From Marsupella aquatica (lineage: Eukaryota; Plantae; Marchantiophyta), in NCBI GenBank assembly GCA_973895155.1, contig OZ316892.1:14748861-14812860 (forward strand): a DNA stretch of 64,000 nt, in the 5' to 3' direction. The notes beneath the pieces were generated by a model. The model ran no database searches. It had not been told where the DNA came from and was given only the letters and a program-made list of their open reading frames with translations. Numbering within the stretch: the first letter of the stretch is position 1; the number at the start of each line of letters is the position of its first letter. Of the stretch, positions 49,700 to 60,345 are shown piece after piece. The translations under genes and the position numbers were made by a program.

Positions 49700-52600
49700 G
49701 TCATCATGCGTCGCACGCTCTGCAGTCCAATCGCCTGGCAGTGTCGGTGATGAACTGATGGTGGTAGTGATTTGGTGAAGAGATCCGCACAGTTGTCTGC
49801 ACTGCAAAATGTTGATCTCTTTTCCATGTAACTCGTGGGTGTAGAAAAACTTTGGAGCTATATGCTTCACGCGATCGCTTTTGATGAATCCTTTCGTGAT
49901 CTGCTGTATACATGTTGCGTTATCCTCACAAATGTTAGTAGGCTTCGTTAGTGGTGGTAGGCCGCATTTGGTGTTGATGTGATTTATAAAGGATCGTAAC
50001 CAAATGGCTTCACGACTAGCCTCATGTAGTGCTAAGATTTCTGAGTGATTCGATGAGGTTGCTGTTAGGGTCTGTTTCACGCTTTTCCAAGAAAAAGCGA
50101 TATCCCCTATGGTAAAAATGTATCCAGTTTGGGATTTTGCGGTATCAGTGTCGGAGAGATATCCGGCATCCGCATATCCTATGAGCTCGTGGTTTGCACC
50201 GAATGGGTAAAATAACCCGGTATCAGTGGTTCCACGTAGATATCTAAATACGTGCTTAACTCCATTCCAGTGTCTGGCGTGGGAATTGCACTATGTCTAG
50301 CTAGTAAGTTAACTGCAAATGCAATGTCTGGTCGTGTCTGATTTGCTAGATACATTAATGCTCCTATCGCAGAAAGATACGGAGTTTCTGGTCCTAATAG
50401 TGGTTCATGTTCTTCGCGTTTGCGAAAAACATCAGTATTGTTTTCTAATGAACGTACAACCATTGGTGACGTCAATGGGTGTGCTAGGTTCATATTGAAC
50501 TATTTTAGGATCTTTTCGGTTTGTGTTGTCTAATGGAGCATCATGCCAGTGGGTAGGATCTCTAGTTGTAAGCCTAAGCAAAAGTTTGTATGTCCAAGGT
50601 CTTTCATCTCAAATGTTGATTTAAGACTGGTAATAGTATGTTCTGTAAGTTGGGGTGTCCCAAATATATTTAAGTCATCAACATAAATAGAAACGATGAC
50701 ATATTCGTCATTCACATGTTTAATAAATAAACATGGTGTAATGGCATCATGGGAAAAACCCATGGCAATCATTTCATCAGTAAATCTTTGATACCATACT
50801 CTGCCACTTTGTTTCAGGCCATATAATGCCTTCAACACGCGGATAGCTAGTCCGCGGCGAGTATTCTGTACGGTTAACACGGCGGTGTCGTTATTATGAG
50901 TTACATGTGTAGATGACACATGAGGTGTAACTTGAGATAATTGTATTATAATCTTATGTAAATATGGAATATGCGATTTAGCGCCTTGAGCTAAAGCTCG
51001 GCGTCGTTGCTCCAACTCAGGAGGTGATCGCATGTATAGACAAGTGTCTAAAGTGCCATATAGATATGCAGTTGCAACATCCAGTTGTCGCATCTGTAGT
51101 TGATGGAAAATGGCAAATCCAATAAGATATCGGAATGTTGTGCTATCCATAACCGGTGAATAGGTTTCATCGTAATGAATTCCCGGTTGTTGTGTAAATC
51201 CTTTCCCTACCAGACGTGCTTTATAGCGTACAACTTGGCCTTTATCATTTCTTTTGCGGACAAATGTCCACTTGTAGCCAATTAGGTGTACGTCTTGCGG
51301 TGTTGGCTTGACTGGGCCAAAAGTTTGTCTGCTGAGTAGGAAATCTAATTCTCCATTTATAGCTTTTTGCCATTCAGGCCAATCTGGTCTGTTTTGGCAT
51401 TCTAAGATAGATATTGGTTCGGGTGTATCGTCAGTGATATGTGTTGCCACCATTAATGCAAAAGCATCATCTATTGAAGTAGTATTTCTATCCCACATCG
51501 CACCTGTGTGTGCGTAGTGGATAGAGATCTCTTCATGGGATATAGATTTGGTATGATCGACATCAGGTGAAGGTGGTATAGATGAACCACGCCTTCGTGG
51601 TTGTTTATATTTTGTTCCCAAGGGTCTACCTCGTTTTGCACAAGATTGGGATGTACTTGTTGGCTCATTTGATAATTCAATGCGGGCAGATGCTCTCGCA
51701 ATTGGAATATGTGAGCGGCTAACTTGTGATGTATCAACGAAAGCGTCGGGAAGTTCTTCCACAATCTTGTGGAGTTGTAAAATTCGTTGAACTTCTTTCT
51801 CCCCTTGATTGGTTCTAAGGTCTTGCCAAAATGGCGAATGTCTTTCCCACTCCAAAGGTGGTTGTGGGTGTTCAGAGGTTATTAATGGTGGGTAAATGTG
51901 TTCATCAAAATGGCAATCTAGAAATCTGGATTTAAAAACGTCGCCAGTTGTAGGCTCCATATATCGGATTATGGACGGTGAGTCGAATCCGATGTATATC
52001 CCCAACTGTCATTGGGGTCCCATCTTGGTTTGTTTGGGTGGAGTAATGGGGACCATTACTTGGCATCCAAATGAACGAAGGTGGGATAGGTCAGGTTTAA
52101 TACCATTAGCAATTTAGTATGGGCTATAGGTATTAAAAGCCGATGGGTGGTATTGAATTAATGCATTAGCCTGTAATATGGCATGTCCCCATGCTGAGAC
52201 GGGGAGTTTTGACTGCATTAGTAGTGGGCGTGCAATTAACTGAAGGCGTTTAATGACCGCTTCAGCTAATCCATTCTGAAAATGCACGTGAGGTACAAGA
52301 TATTGTACGTTTATGCCAAGTGATGTGCAAAAGTCGTCAAATGTTTCGGATGTGAATTCCCCTGCATTGTCCACCCTTAGTGTCTTAATGGGGTGGTCTA
52401 GGAATTGTGCTTTCACGCACAAGATTTGTGCCAAAATGCGAGGCATAACCATGTTCCTCGTTGAAAGCAGGGTCACATTTGACCATTTAGTTGATGCGTC
52501 AATTAATACCATAAAGTAGCGGAAAGGTCCGCTTGGAAGGTTAATTGGCCCGCAAACATCTGCATGGATGATTTCCAAGAATTGGGGTATTTTAGTTGGC

Positions 52601-54291
52601 AATTTTGATGCCGTGGGCCTTGTTATTAATTTGCCGCGTGAGCATGCAGTGCATCGGGTGCTCGCTGGAAAGTGGCGTGTATTGATTGGAATGCCTCTTG
52701 AATTCTTAATGACTTTGGTTAGCATTGATTGGCCGGGGTGGCCGAGGCGTGCATGCCAAAGCGCATGCAATTTGCTTGTGTTGGCATTGTTATGCAGGCA
52801 TTCAATATGAGTTACATAAAACCCGCAAGGATACGAGAAAAGTGTTTCTTTAATGATTTTCCCCGTAGGGGTATTTTCAACCAAGTGTATCACTTCCTGG
52901 TCTCTTGTGTCGCCCGTCTGGACATGTAGTCCATTTGCTCGTATATCTCTAAAACTGAGGAGATTACGGGTTGCATTCGGGGCGAAAATGACAGATTCTA
53001 TGTGAATCGCTGTACCCTGCGGTAGTCTAATGGAAGCTAGGCCGAAGCCTTCTTCTATTTGGCTAGGGCCATTTATAGTGGTCAGGGATCTACGTGAGGG
53101 TGTAATCTTGTGGAAAAGGTGTCTATCCCTGAGGATAGTATGCGTGGTCGCACTGTCGATAATACATGTGCTTGGACTATTTAAATCTGGTGTAGTGGAG
53201 CTACTTGCCACTAAGTGTGCCTCGGGTTGGGCAGGTAGGTCTGAAAAGTCTTGGAATGGGTCACTAGACTCCATAAACGCCCCGTAGGTCTCACGGGGTG
53301 GTGGCCTAGAGGTTTGTCCATCCTGGATGGACCGTTGGTATAGATCTCTAAGGTGTTGCGGGATTCTACAGTTTCTCGCTAGGTGGTTTGTCATGCCACA
53401 TTCATGGCATTTTGGTCGTTCCCGTTGTTGTCGGGATTGTGACCAATCGTTTCTACGGTTGTTGTTATATATTCTACCACCGCTGCGTCCACCACGTCCA
53501 CCACGTCCTCCACGTCCTCTAAAGGTCCGTTGGGAGTTATATTGTGGACGTTGGTTATAGAAACTCCCCCTATTGTGGGTGTTTCTTCGGTTGCCATTCT
53601 TAGTGCGCTTAATGCCTTGCCTCGATGTGGAGAATTCAGCATTTTCTATGTTATGGGTTTCATTCTCTTGTCCTGAGGGCAGTGTGCCCACAGGTTGTTT
53701 TCTAGAGTTTACTAAAAGAAGTTCTTGGTTTCTTTCGGTGACTAGGAGGTGGGCTATGAGCTTGGAGTATTGCCCGAACTTCATGTTTCGATACTGTGTT
53801 GATAGCCACACATTCGATGAATGAAATGGCAACAAGGTCTTCTCTAGCAGATCCTTGTCTGTGACCGGCTCGCCACATAGTGCAAGGGTTGATGTTATTC
53901 TAAAGAGTTCGCTATTGTAGGTTGAAATAGAGGTAAAGTCCTGGACTCACAGGTTTAGCCAGTCTTGCCTGGCTTTAGGTAGTTCAACCAGTTTTTGGTG
54001 GTCGAATCGGGTTTGGAGCGCTGTCCAAAGTTCACGGGGGGTTGAGAGGTGCATGTATTGTCTTTGTAGGAATCTATGGATATGGCGTCTAAGGAATACG
54101 AGAGCCTTAGATTCGTTGGCTTTAGTTAACGGGTCTGGTTGGGGTTCGCCAGCTAGTATAGGTTGAGCCATCCCTATAGCTGGGAGTAAGGTTAGCGAGG
54201 TTAGGTTTTCTTTTAGGTTCATGGACCATTCTAGGTAGTTGCCGCCATCTATTTCTAGGGCGGGGAAGGTGAGTTTCTCAAGGTTGGCCAT
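49700..54291 (-). pseudogene. gag-pol of the Bianca-like element with nonsense mutations and frameshifts
   Basis: Zinc knuckle CHECGMTNHLARNC, protease IDSATTH, integrase (WHARLGHPG, CTAC, HADVCGP, DNAGEF), RT (YKARLV, LYGLKQSGR, YVDDL) and RNase H (YADAGY, TSSNHSE, KHIAPKFF). Stops at 53947, 52114, 52009, 50530 and 50500; frameshift near 50280. Confidence 0.94.
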
Positions 54292-55610
54292 CTCTAAGGT
54301 CCTGGTGTGCAGCGGTGGTGTGGGTGTTGATATAATATATATGTAGTCAAAAGACAACGCACATTTGCCGCATGCAATGGTGGAGAAAGGGTTGAGGAGA
54401 GCAATCTAAGTCATGGGCGAGTAAAGCAAGAATGATTGGATTTTTGCGGAATTTAGGTTTTGCACTTAGTAAGTTGGTTTTCTTTGTAAATGTATAAATG
54501 CATTCTCTTCTTTGTATTTTAGGATTCCTTTGTATTTTGGTGCAGTTATCCGGTTGTGCACTTAGGGTTGCAGTTATGTGTTTGAGTGCTCTTCTTCCTT
54601 TGTTATTTCGAGTTCCATTGGAAATGAGTTGCGCTTAGGGATGGATTGGCGGTTAGGTAATTTATCTCGTGGGGCTATGGTGCCCCTCTCGATCTGGTTT
54701 GCCTTCACGATTTCCTTCAATGTCTTGGCTATGGCCGATTGCTTGGTTCTTCTCCCCCTTCCTCGATTTTCCCTCTCGTCCTCCTTCGATGGCGTTCTTG
54801 GGCACTTATTTCTTCCTTCTTTGGTCCAAGCTAATCAGTGCGCGAGCTATCGTTCAACATCGGGCATTCATCGCCCCTATCCGCTTTGATTTTTTAAGAA
54901 GGTCTTATGGTCGATTTGTGTCTCAACTTTTGTTTCTTCGTTTGCCTTCGCTGCTGTTCTTCTCAAATCCAGGCTATTTTATCTCGGGATCGTGAAATTG
55001 CAATCCTTCGATCAGAAAGGGGGCATTTACTGCTTCAACATCGGGCTCCCTCGCTCCCTATCTCCTTCGATTTCTTTATCCTTTCGAAAGAGTCTTCGCC
55101 TCCTTGTTTTGCTGCTGTGTTCTCAAAAGCAACAATCGCAGGCGTAGGGGCAGAGCGGTGTGCAACAAGCTTTCTGCTTATTCCATTTCAATTCATCCTC
55201 CCCATAAACTGTCAATTCGTCTGCAGTCTTCTTCCGACGTTTGCTCAAACCAGGCTCTGCTTCTGACGATGAATTTCCGATGGCCTCTCGCTGCTAGCGG
55301 CCCTACTGTCGAGTGCCCTTTTTAATTTTCCTTTCCATCAATCCTTATCGATGTGTTTCTTCGATCCTTATGAACTTTTCAGTTTCTGCTTGACTCTCTG
55401 GTTTTCTTCTTGATTCTCTATTCAGAATTCTCTTCAAGTCCTTATGAATTCTGTGTTTTTCTGCCCTCGACTCTCTGATCTTGGATCCAATGTCTTTGTG
55501 CTCCTTAGATTTTAAAGTCGTCCTCTCGATCCCCCATAGAAAAATTTCAATCTTCCCTGGTCTTCTCCTTTTTATCTCGCTCCACTGGCTGAGTCCTCGT
55601 GCTGATAACG

Positions 55611-55724
55611 TGTGAGAGTATGAATGGAATGAATCATGTATAGTCTGTGGTGGTTGGTACATATAGTGGTGTCGGTCCGGTGACTGGCTGATCCGGTCGT
55701 CCGGTCACCAGGTAGAGTCTAACA
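55611..55724 (-). repeat. 5' LTR of the Bianca-like element (114 bp)
   Basis: Abuts the PBS (+ strand CGTGCTGATAACG at 55598-55610). Confidence 0.97.
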
Positions 55725-58553
55725 GTTTTGTAATAGTACCCCGGCCCACAAGTAACCAATTGCGAGTAAGTGAGACTCTGTATCACATGCAATGGTTTGG
55801 GTAATAATTCACGAAAACATGAGAAAATAGTTTTTTAATGCTTTCTATCCTCATCTTCTAAAATATTCTATGAATTTTCCAAGATTTGATTTGAATTGAA
55901 GCTCAAGGGAGTCGCTTTCATGAGTGACACATCAAGTGCAAATCATTTGAGAAAGAATTATTAAGATGTTAATGAAAATATTATATTTTTAAATTTAAAA
56001 ATGAATAGATATCATCACATGATTGGTGTCATACAATTTTATTGAAAATGATTAAGGGGGTCATAAATAACCCAACCCATCATACATGATGTATGGCTCT
56101 CCATATATATTGACCCCTTGATATTAAAAGACCCCTAGTGTTATTCCACAAAAATTTATTAGTCTTCTGCTTATCCCACTAAAAAATACCATACTTGTTT
56201 TGAGTGTGATGCATGGGAAAAGAATAGGTGAGGACCCCAGGGTTGAATTAGCCAAAATTTCACGGAATGGACCCACCCACCTGAACTGTGTTTACACAAA
56301 GAGTTTAATGCCTGCCCAAATTTTAATTACAATACAGGGTTCAAAATTGGACGCTCTTTATCCAACAAAGAAGCAAAGAGCTAAAAGAGCATTTTGTGAC
56401 GAGGAGGGCCTTCTGTTGTGGGCAGGGCATTCTCACTTGGTCTTGACAGTAATTTAGGGAAAATTGAGCAGTGACCACAGCGAGGACCACAGCAACTAAA
56501 ACCTGTCCATGTCAATAGTTGACCACAATGAAACTTGCAGGCAGGCAGCCTTGAGGCCCTAAATTGTTTAGGACAGCTCCCTCCCAGCAGAGCTTTACCC
56601 AACACATTGAATTTGAGTCAAGAATCATACTTTACTGGTCATGTTTCATTTAGGGTACCTAACCCATCCCCTCGAGGAGATAATGAGCTATATAATCCCC
56701 AAGGCCAGTCAGGCCGAGAGCGTGAAGTTTCTCAGGAGGTGGGTTACCATATACATTGCTTCCTGATTTTCCCAATAGTTATTTTTGTATTTCCACAAAC
56801 AAGCAGCCAAAATCATTGCTCCACCCTGTGGGCTCTACCCAAGTAAAGAGCAGTGTTGAATTTCAATTATAGCCCCAGATCAGGCTAGCCAGGGACATGG
56901 CCCACAATCCCCCACAAGAAAATATAGTCACCTAGCCTCAGACTCTCTAACTGCCTTGCTCAAGAAAAGGCCCAAGTGGTGCAGTTTTCTAGCATTGCAA
57001 TGAGTTCTTGTTTTGGGTTGAGTTGGGCCCTATGGGTGGCTCTAAAACAGTCTGGGCCATCATCTTCTTTTTTAGTTCCCTCTAAGATGAAACCTAGCCT
57101 GTATAATGAGTGGAAATGGTTGCAATTGGCCTTATTTAAGAACTGGGGGTCCATTCAGATATCTTCTACCAAAAGATCCTACTTGGCAAGCATTGGACCC
57201 AAGTAAATGCTTAATCTATGGAGTGTTTTTTGTCTAGAAGTTTAGACCACCTCCAGAGGTGGTCCAAACTTTGGCTCCTTTATTCAAGGGATCCGCATTC
57301 ATCCACGTTCGTGTCAAAATAACTCTGGTCCAAATTTAGCTTTAGAACAAGAAGTGGCCCTCCAGTTTGCTTTGGCGAAAGACTTCATGCGGCATCTTGT
57401 AAAACCACCATAAGGTGAGGGATGTGAGGTTGAGGATGAGACTCTCATGAGCTGACGGCTCATGGAAAATTCATTATTGCAAACCATGGGTCCCAGTCAT
57501 AGATGATGCCCATTTCAGTTTAAATAGGTGATATGCGAGTGATCTCCAATTGTTCAAAGTGTCAAGTCTTTTGAGTGCAAAGGGCTTTGGTGAACCCACT
57601 TTGGGACTCGCTCTGGGATGGAGGTTTGTGCAAAAGACTGTCAACTTATGAAGCTTGAACTCAGAATTTGCTAATAGGTACACTACTACCACCGGACTGC
57701 ACTTCCTTGGATGACTGATCTAGCCATTACATGAATCCATGCACAAGAGGAAACATTTGGAAATGTGAAGACACACACCCTCATGTAATCTTCCAATGTG
57801 CAATGTGTGATAACAGGCAGCCAAGGGGCAACAATGAATGTGTTTCCCCAAAACCATTTCTTACTATCCTACCCCCAAACTCATAAATTACTGACCTGCC
57901 ACCAAAATAATCAGTTGTTTTTTATATGAGTTAACTTAACTTGAATTACTAACGTGGGAGGACACACAATTATTTAGTTCCTGGAATTATGAAGGCTCAC
58001 AATTCTCTGGTGCTAATTGTAAGAAAACCGTCGGATCCAGACTAGACAGCAATGCGGAACATGAGAGCACTCAATTTCACACTACACCAACAAGACACAC
58101 TACGATCATGGAGAATGTTCTCCCTCCAACCTATACCCCCCAAGGGGGACTAAGATGTGTGGGCCTAAATAAGTGGATCTTATCCTAAACTAACCAAGGG
58201 TCAATTAACCCTAGTAAGGGCCAAACTAACTATAGTCGGGAACTCGATTCAATTCCTAACACTAATCCCCTCCCCCGTCCCCTCCAACTGTACCTTCACC
58301 GCGGACCAGATCCCCCCACTGGAATGTGCACGTCAATTATTGTCTACAAGCTAAACAAATTGTGTTTTGGTCTAGGCCCGGGTTGCACTTATGGTTGGAT
58401 GGGCTTACCTTAGACAAATGACACAAGGTATAGACTTGCTAAACAACCCCACTTACAAAATGGGGGCAAGGTGATAATTAAATTAGTTTTGAGCGCAGGT
58501 CGGTTAGTAATTTTGAGTGATTTGAGAGCCAAGCTTTGGGAAAAATGAAAAGT

Positions 58554-58628
58554 AAAAATCTCTTTCCAAGAAAGGTCATCCATACTCTCATATAAAATCT
58601 CTTTCCAAGAAAGGTCATCCATACTCTC
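58554..58628. repeat. 39-bp tandem duplication
   Basis: AAAATCTCTTTCCAAGAAAGGTCATCCATACTCTC occurs twice. Confidence 0.88.
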
Positions 58629-59012
58629 CCTCATGAGTAAAATATAGTACAGTTTAGTAAGCATTTTGGGATATAATGCCTAGAAAAATGAGAGCTTGAT
58701 GCTTGAGTTTTGAGGGGCTATTATTGCCCATAATGCTTTGGGAAAGGACCTTAATACACTTTGAAAGCCTGTGCCAGTTTTGTGTTTACTAGTTTTAGTA
58801 ACAATAGAGTAGGTTCTTCACAATGAGAGTTGATTCAAATCTTAACTATGAATTCTTCTCCAAAAACCCCCTCCAAATTACAAAGAGAAAAATCATGCCC
58901 CTCCAAATCACAAACAGAGGAAGGAGACTGATTGCACACAAAAAGCAACTAGATGGTTGAGGATTGTTCCACAAACTGAGACACAGGAGGGAGATCATGG
59001 AGGTATGTTCTA

Positions 59013-59390
59013 GGGTTACTAGCCTGTAAGCCTATGACCAGAAACTAAAGTAAACCTGATTTAAGAGCTTTCTTGGAGCAATTTAGAACCCCTGCCTAGA
59101 CCTCCATTGGTTACTAGCCTGCCAGCCTGCCAGCCTGTGACCAGAAAGTGAAGTAAACCTGATTTATGAGCTTTCTTCGAGCAATTTAGAACCCCTGCCT
59201 AGACCTCCATTATAGTAGGTACTTGTTATATAGAAAAATGTTACTTCCAAACTAGAGAGTATGGAAATAGAAGATACCCCAAAAATGGTTACACCTGATA
59301 ACCTGCATTTGCATTCCTTGTTAGCCAGGGAAGCCTAGACCTCCATTATAGTAGGTACTTGTTATATAGAAAAATGTTACTTCCAAACAA
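59013..59390. repeat. Two overlapping tandem duplications
   Basis: GGTTACTAGCCTG...GAACCCCTGCCTAGACCTCCATT occurs twice (~59013 and ~59109). GCCTAGACCTCCATTATAGTAGG...TTACTTCCAAAC occurs twice (~59197 and ~59333). Confidence 0.85.
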
Positions 59391-59412
59391 GAGGTTACGA
59401 GTATGAATAGGA

Positions 59413-59520
59413 TAATGTCCTGGTTAGAGGGCATTGTGGGATATAATGCCCTGAAAAATGAGGGCAGTAGCCCGAGTTTTGAGGGCATTATTTTCAATAA
59501 TGTCCGTAACTAGGACATTA
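59413..59520. mobile_element. ~108-bp foldback (almost fully palindromic) MITE-like element
   Basis: Left arm TAATGTCCTGGTTAGAGGGCATTGTGGGATATAATGCCCTGAAAAATGAGGGC pairs with right arm GCCCGAGTTTTGAGGGCATTATTTTCAATAATGTCCGTAACTAGGACATTA. A decayed relative lies at ~58661-58755. Confidence 0.7.
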
Positions 59521-59682
59521 ATATACGAAAAAACTTGAGTGACTTTTTGGTGACAAACAAGAAAAATTGAATCCCTGAAATAGAAAATTCAGATTAAAGG
59601 GTTACACATGATGACCTGTATTTGCATTCCTTGTTATCGGAAAAAATTACTTTCCAACAAGAGCTTATGGGAATATAAGGTA

Positions 59683-59991
59683 CAGTTGGCTCTCTCTCCA
59701 TGCTCTTATCTGTAAACGCACAAAACCACAAAATTTGCATTTAATGGATAATGCATGCCCATTCTTGGTAGAAATTAGAAATGCGCTTAAGGCGGGTGCG
59801 CACAGAATTAGGGCAGGCATATGAGGTACGAGCGTGACTCACTAAAGGAGGGACCCTAAATTTAACAAACGCACTTATTGATAAGTGCACTTTTTAGGGG
59901 GTGTGCGCTTATCAAAGAATGCAACACCTAGTTTAGTGCATGCAGGATCCGTCTTTCCAAGAGCGTGCACTTAGTTAGAGAGACTCAACTG
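59683..59991. mobile_element. 309-bp Tc1/mariner(pogo)-type MITE
   Basis: TA|CAGTTGGCTCTCTCT ... AGAGAGACTCAACTG|TA: CAGT-starting TIRs with a TA TSD. Confidence 0.75.
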
Positions 59992-60345
59992 TACCTCCAA
60001 ATCTGGTGACACATGAATACATCTGCATTCCGTTGAGAAGTTGCGAACGGACGATTTACTCAGAGAACACGGTAATGTTCCGTAGAGAAATTACGGACGG
60101 TTTAGTAAGAGAACACGATAATTAATGTAATAATGGTAATAGGCTCATAGGCACGAGCGATGCATAATCGTAGGCGTGGCGAAGAATGTGTCCGGTTGGT
60201 TGGTAGATGGCATTAGGGCATGGAGCGCGTCGGTGCCACTGCTGTGCTGCCAGAGAGACGGAGAGGACGAGAACGGGAAGGGGACGGGGACGGGAAGGGA
60301 AGGGAAGGGAAGGGAAGGCGAACGAGAAGGGGCATCGCCGGAGTC

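Larger units (their letters stand above)
49244..55724 (-). mobile_element. Full-length young Ty1/copia retrotransposon, Bianca-like lineage
   Basis: 114-bp TG...CA LTRs at 49244-49357 and 55611-55724 (one mismatch) and a perfect TSD GTTTT. PBS CGTTATCAGCACG (half-tRNA-Met type); PPT AAAGGGGAG. Gag starts MANLEKLTFPALEIDGGNYLEW. The 3' UTR carries the motif GGTTTTTTAACGAGGCA. Confidence 0.97.

Noticed and set aside
56200-58400. Short ORFs and a small hairpin (57241-57268) in CpG-poor DNA
   Set aside because: Probably old TE debris; no domain or termini identifiable.
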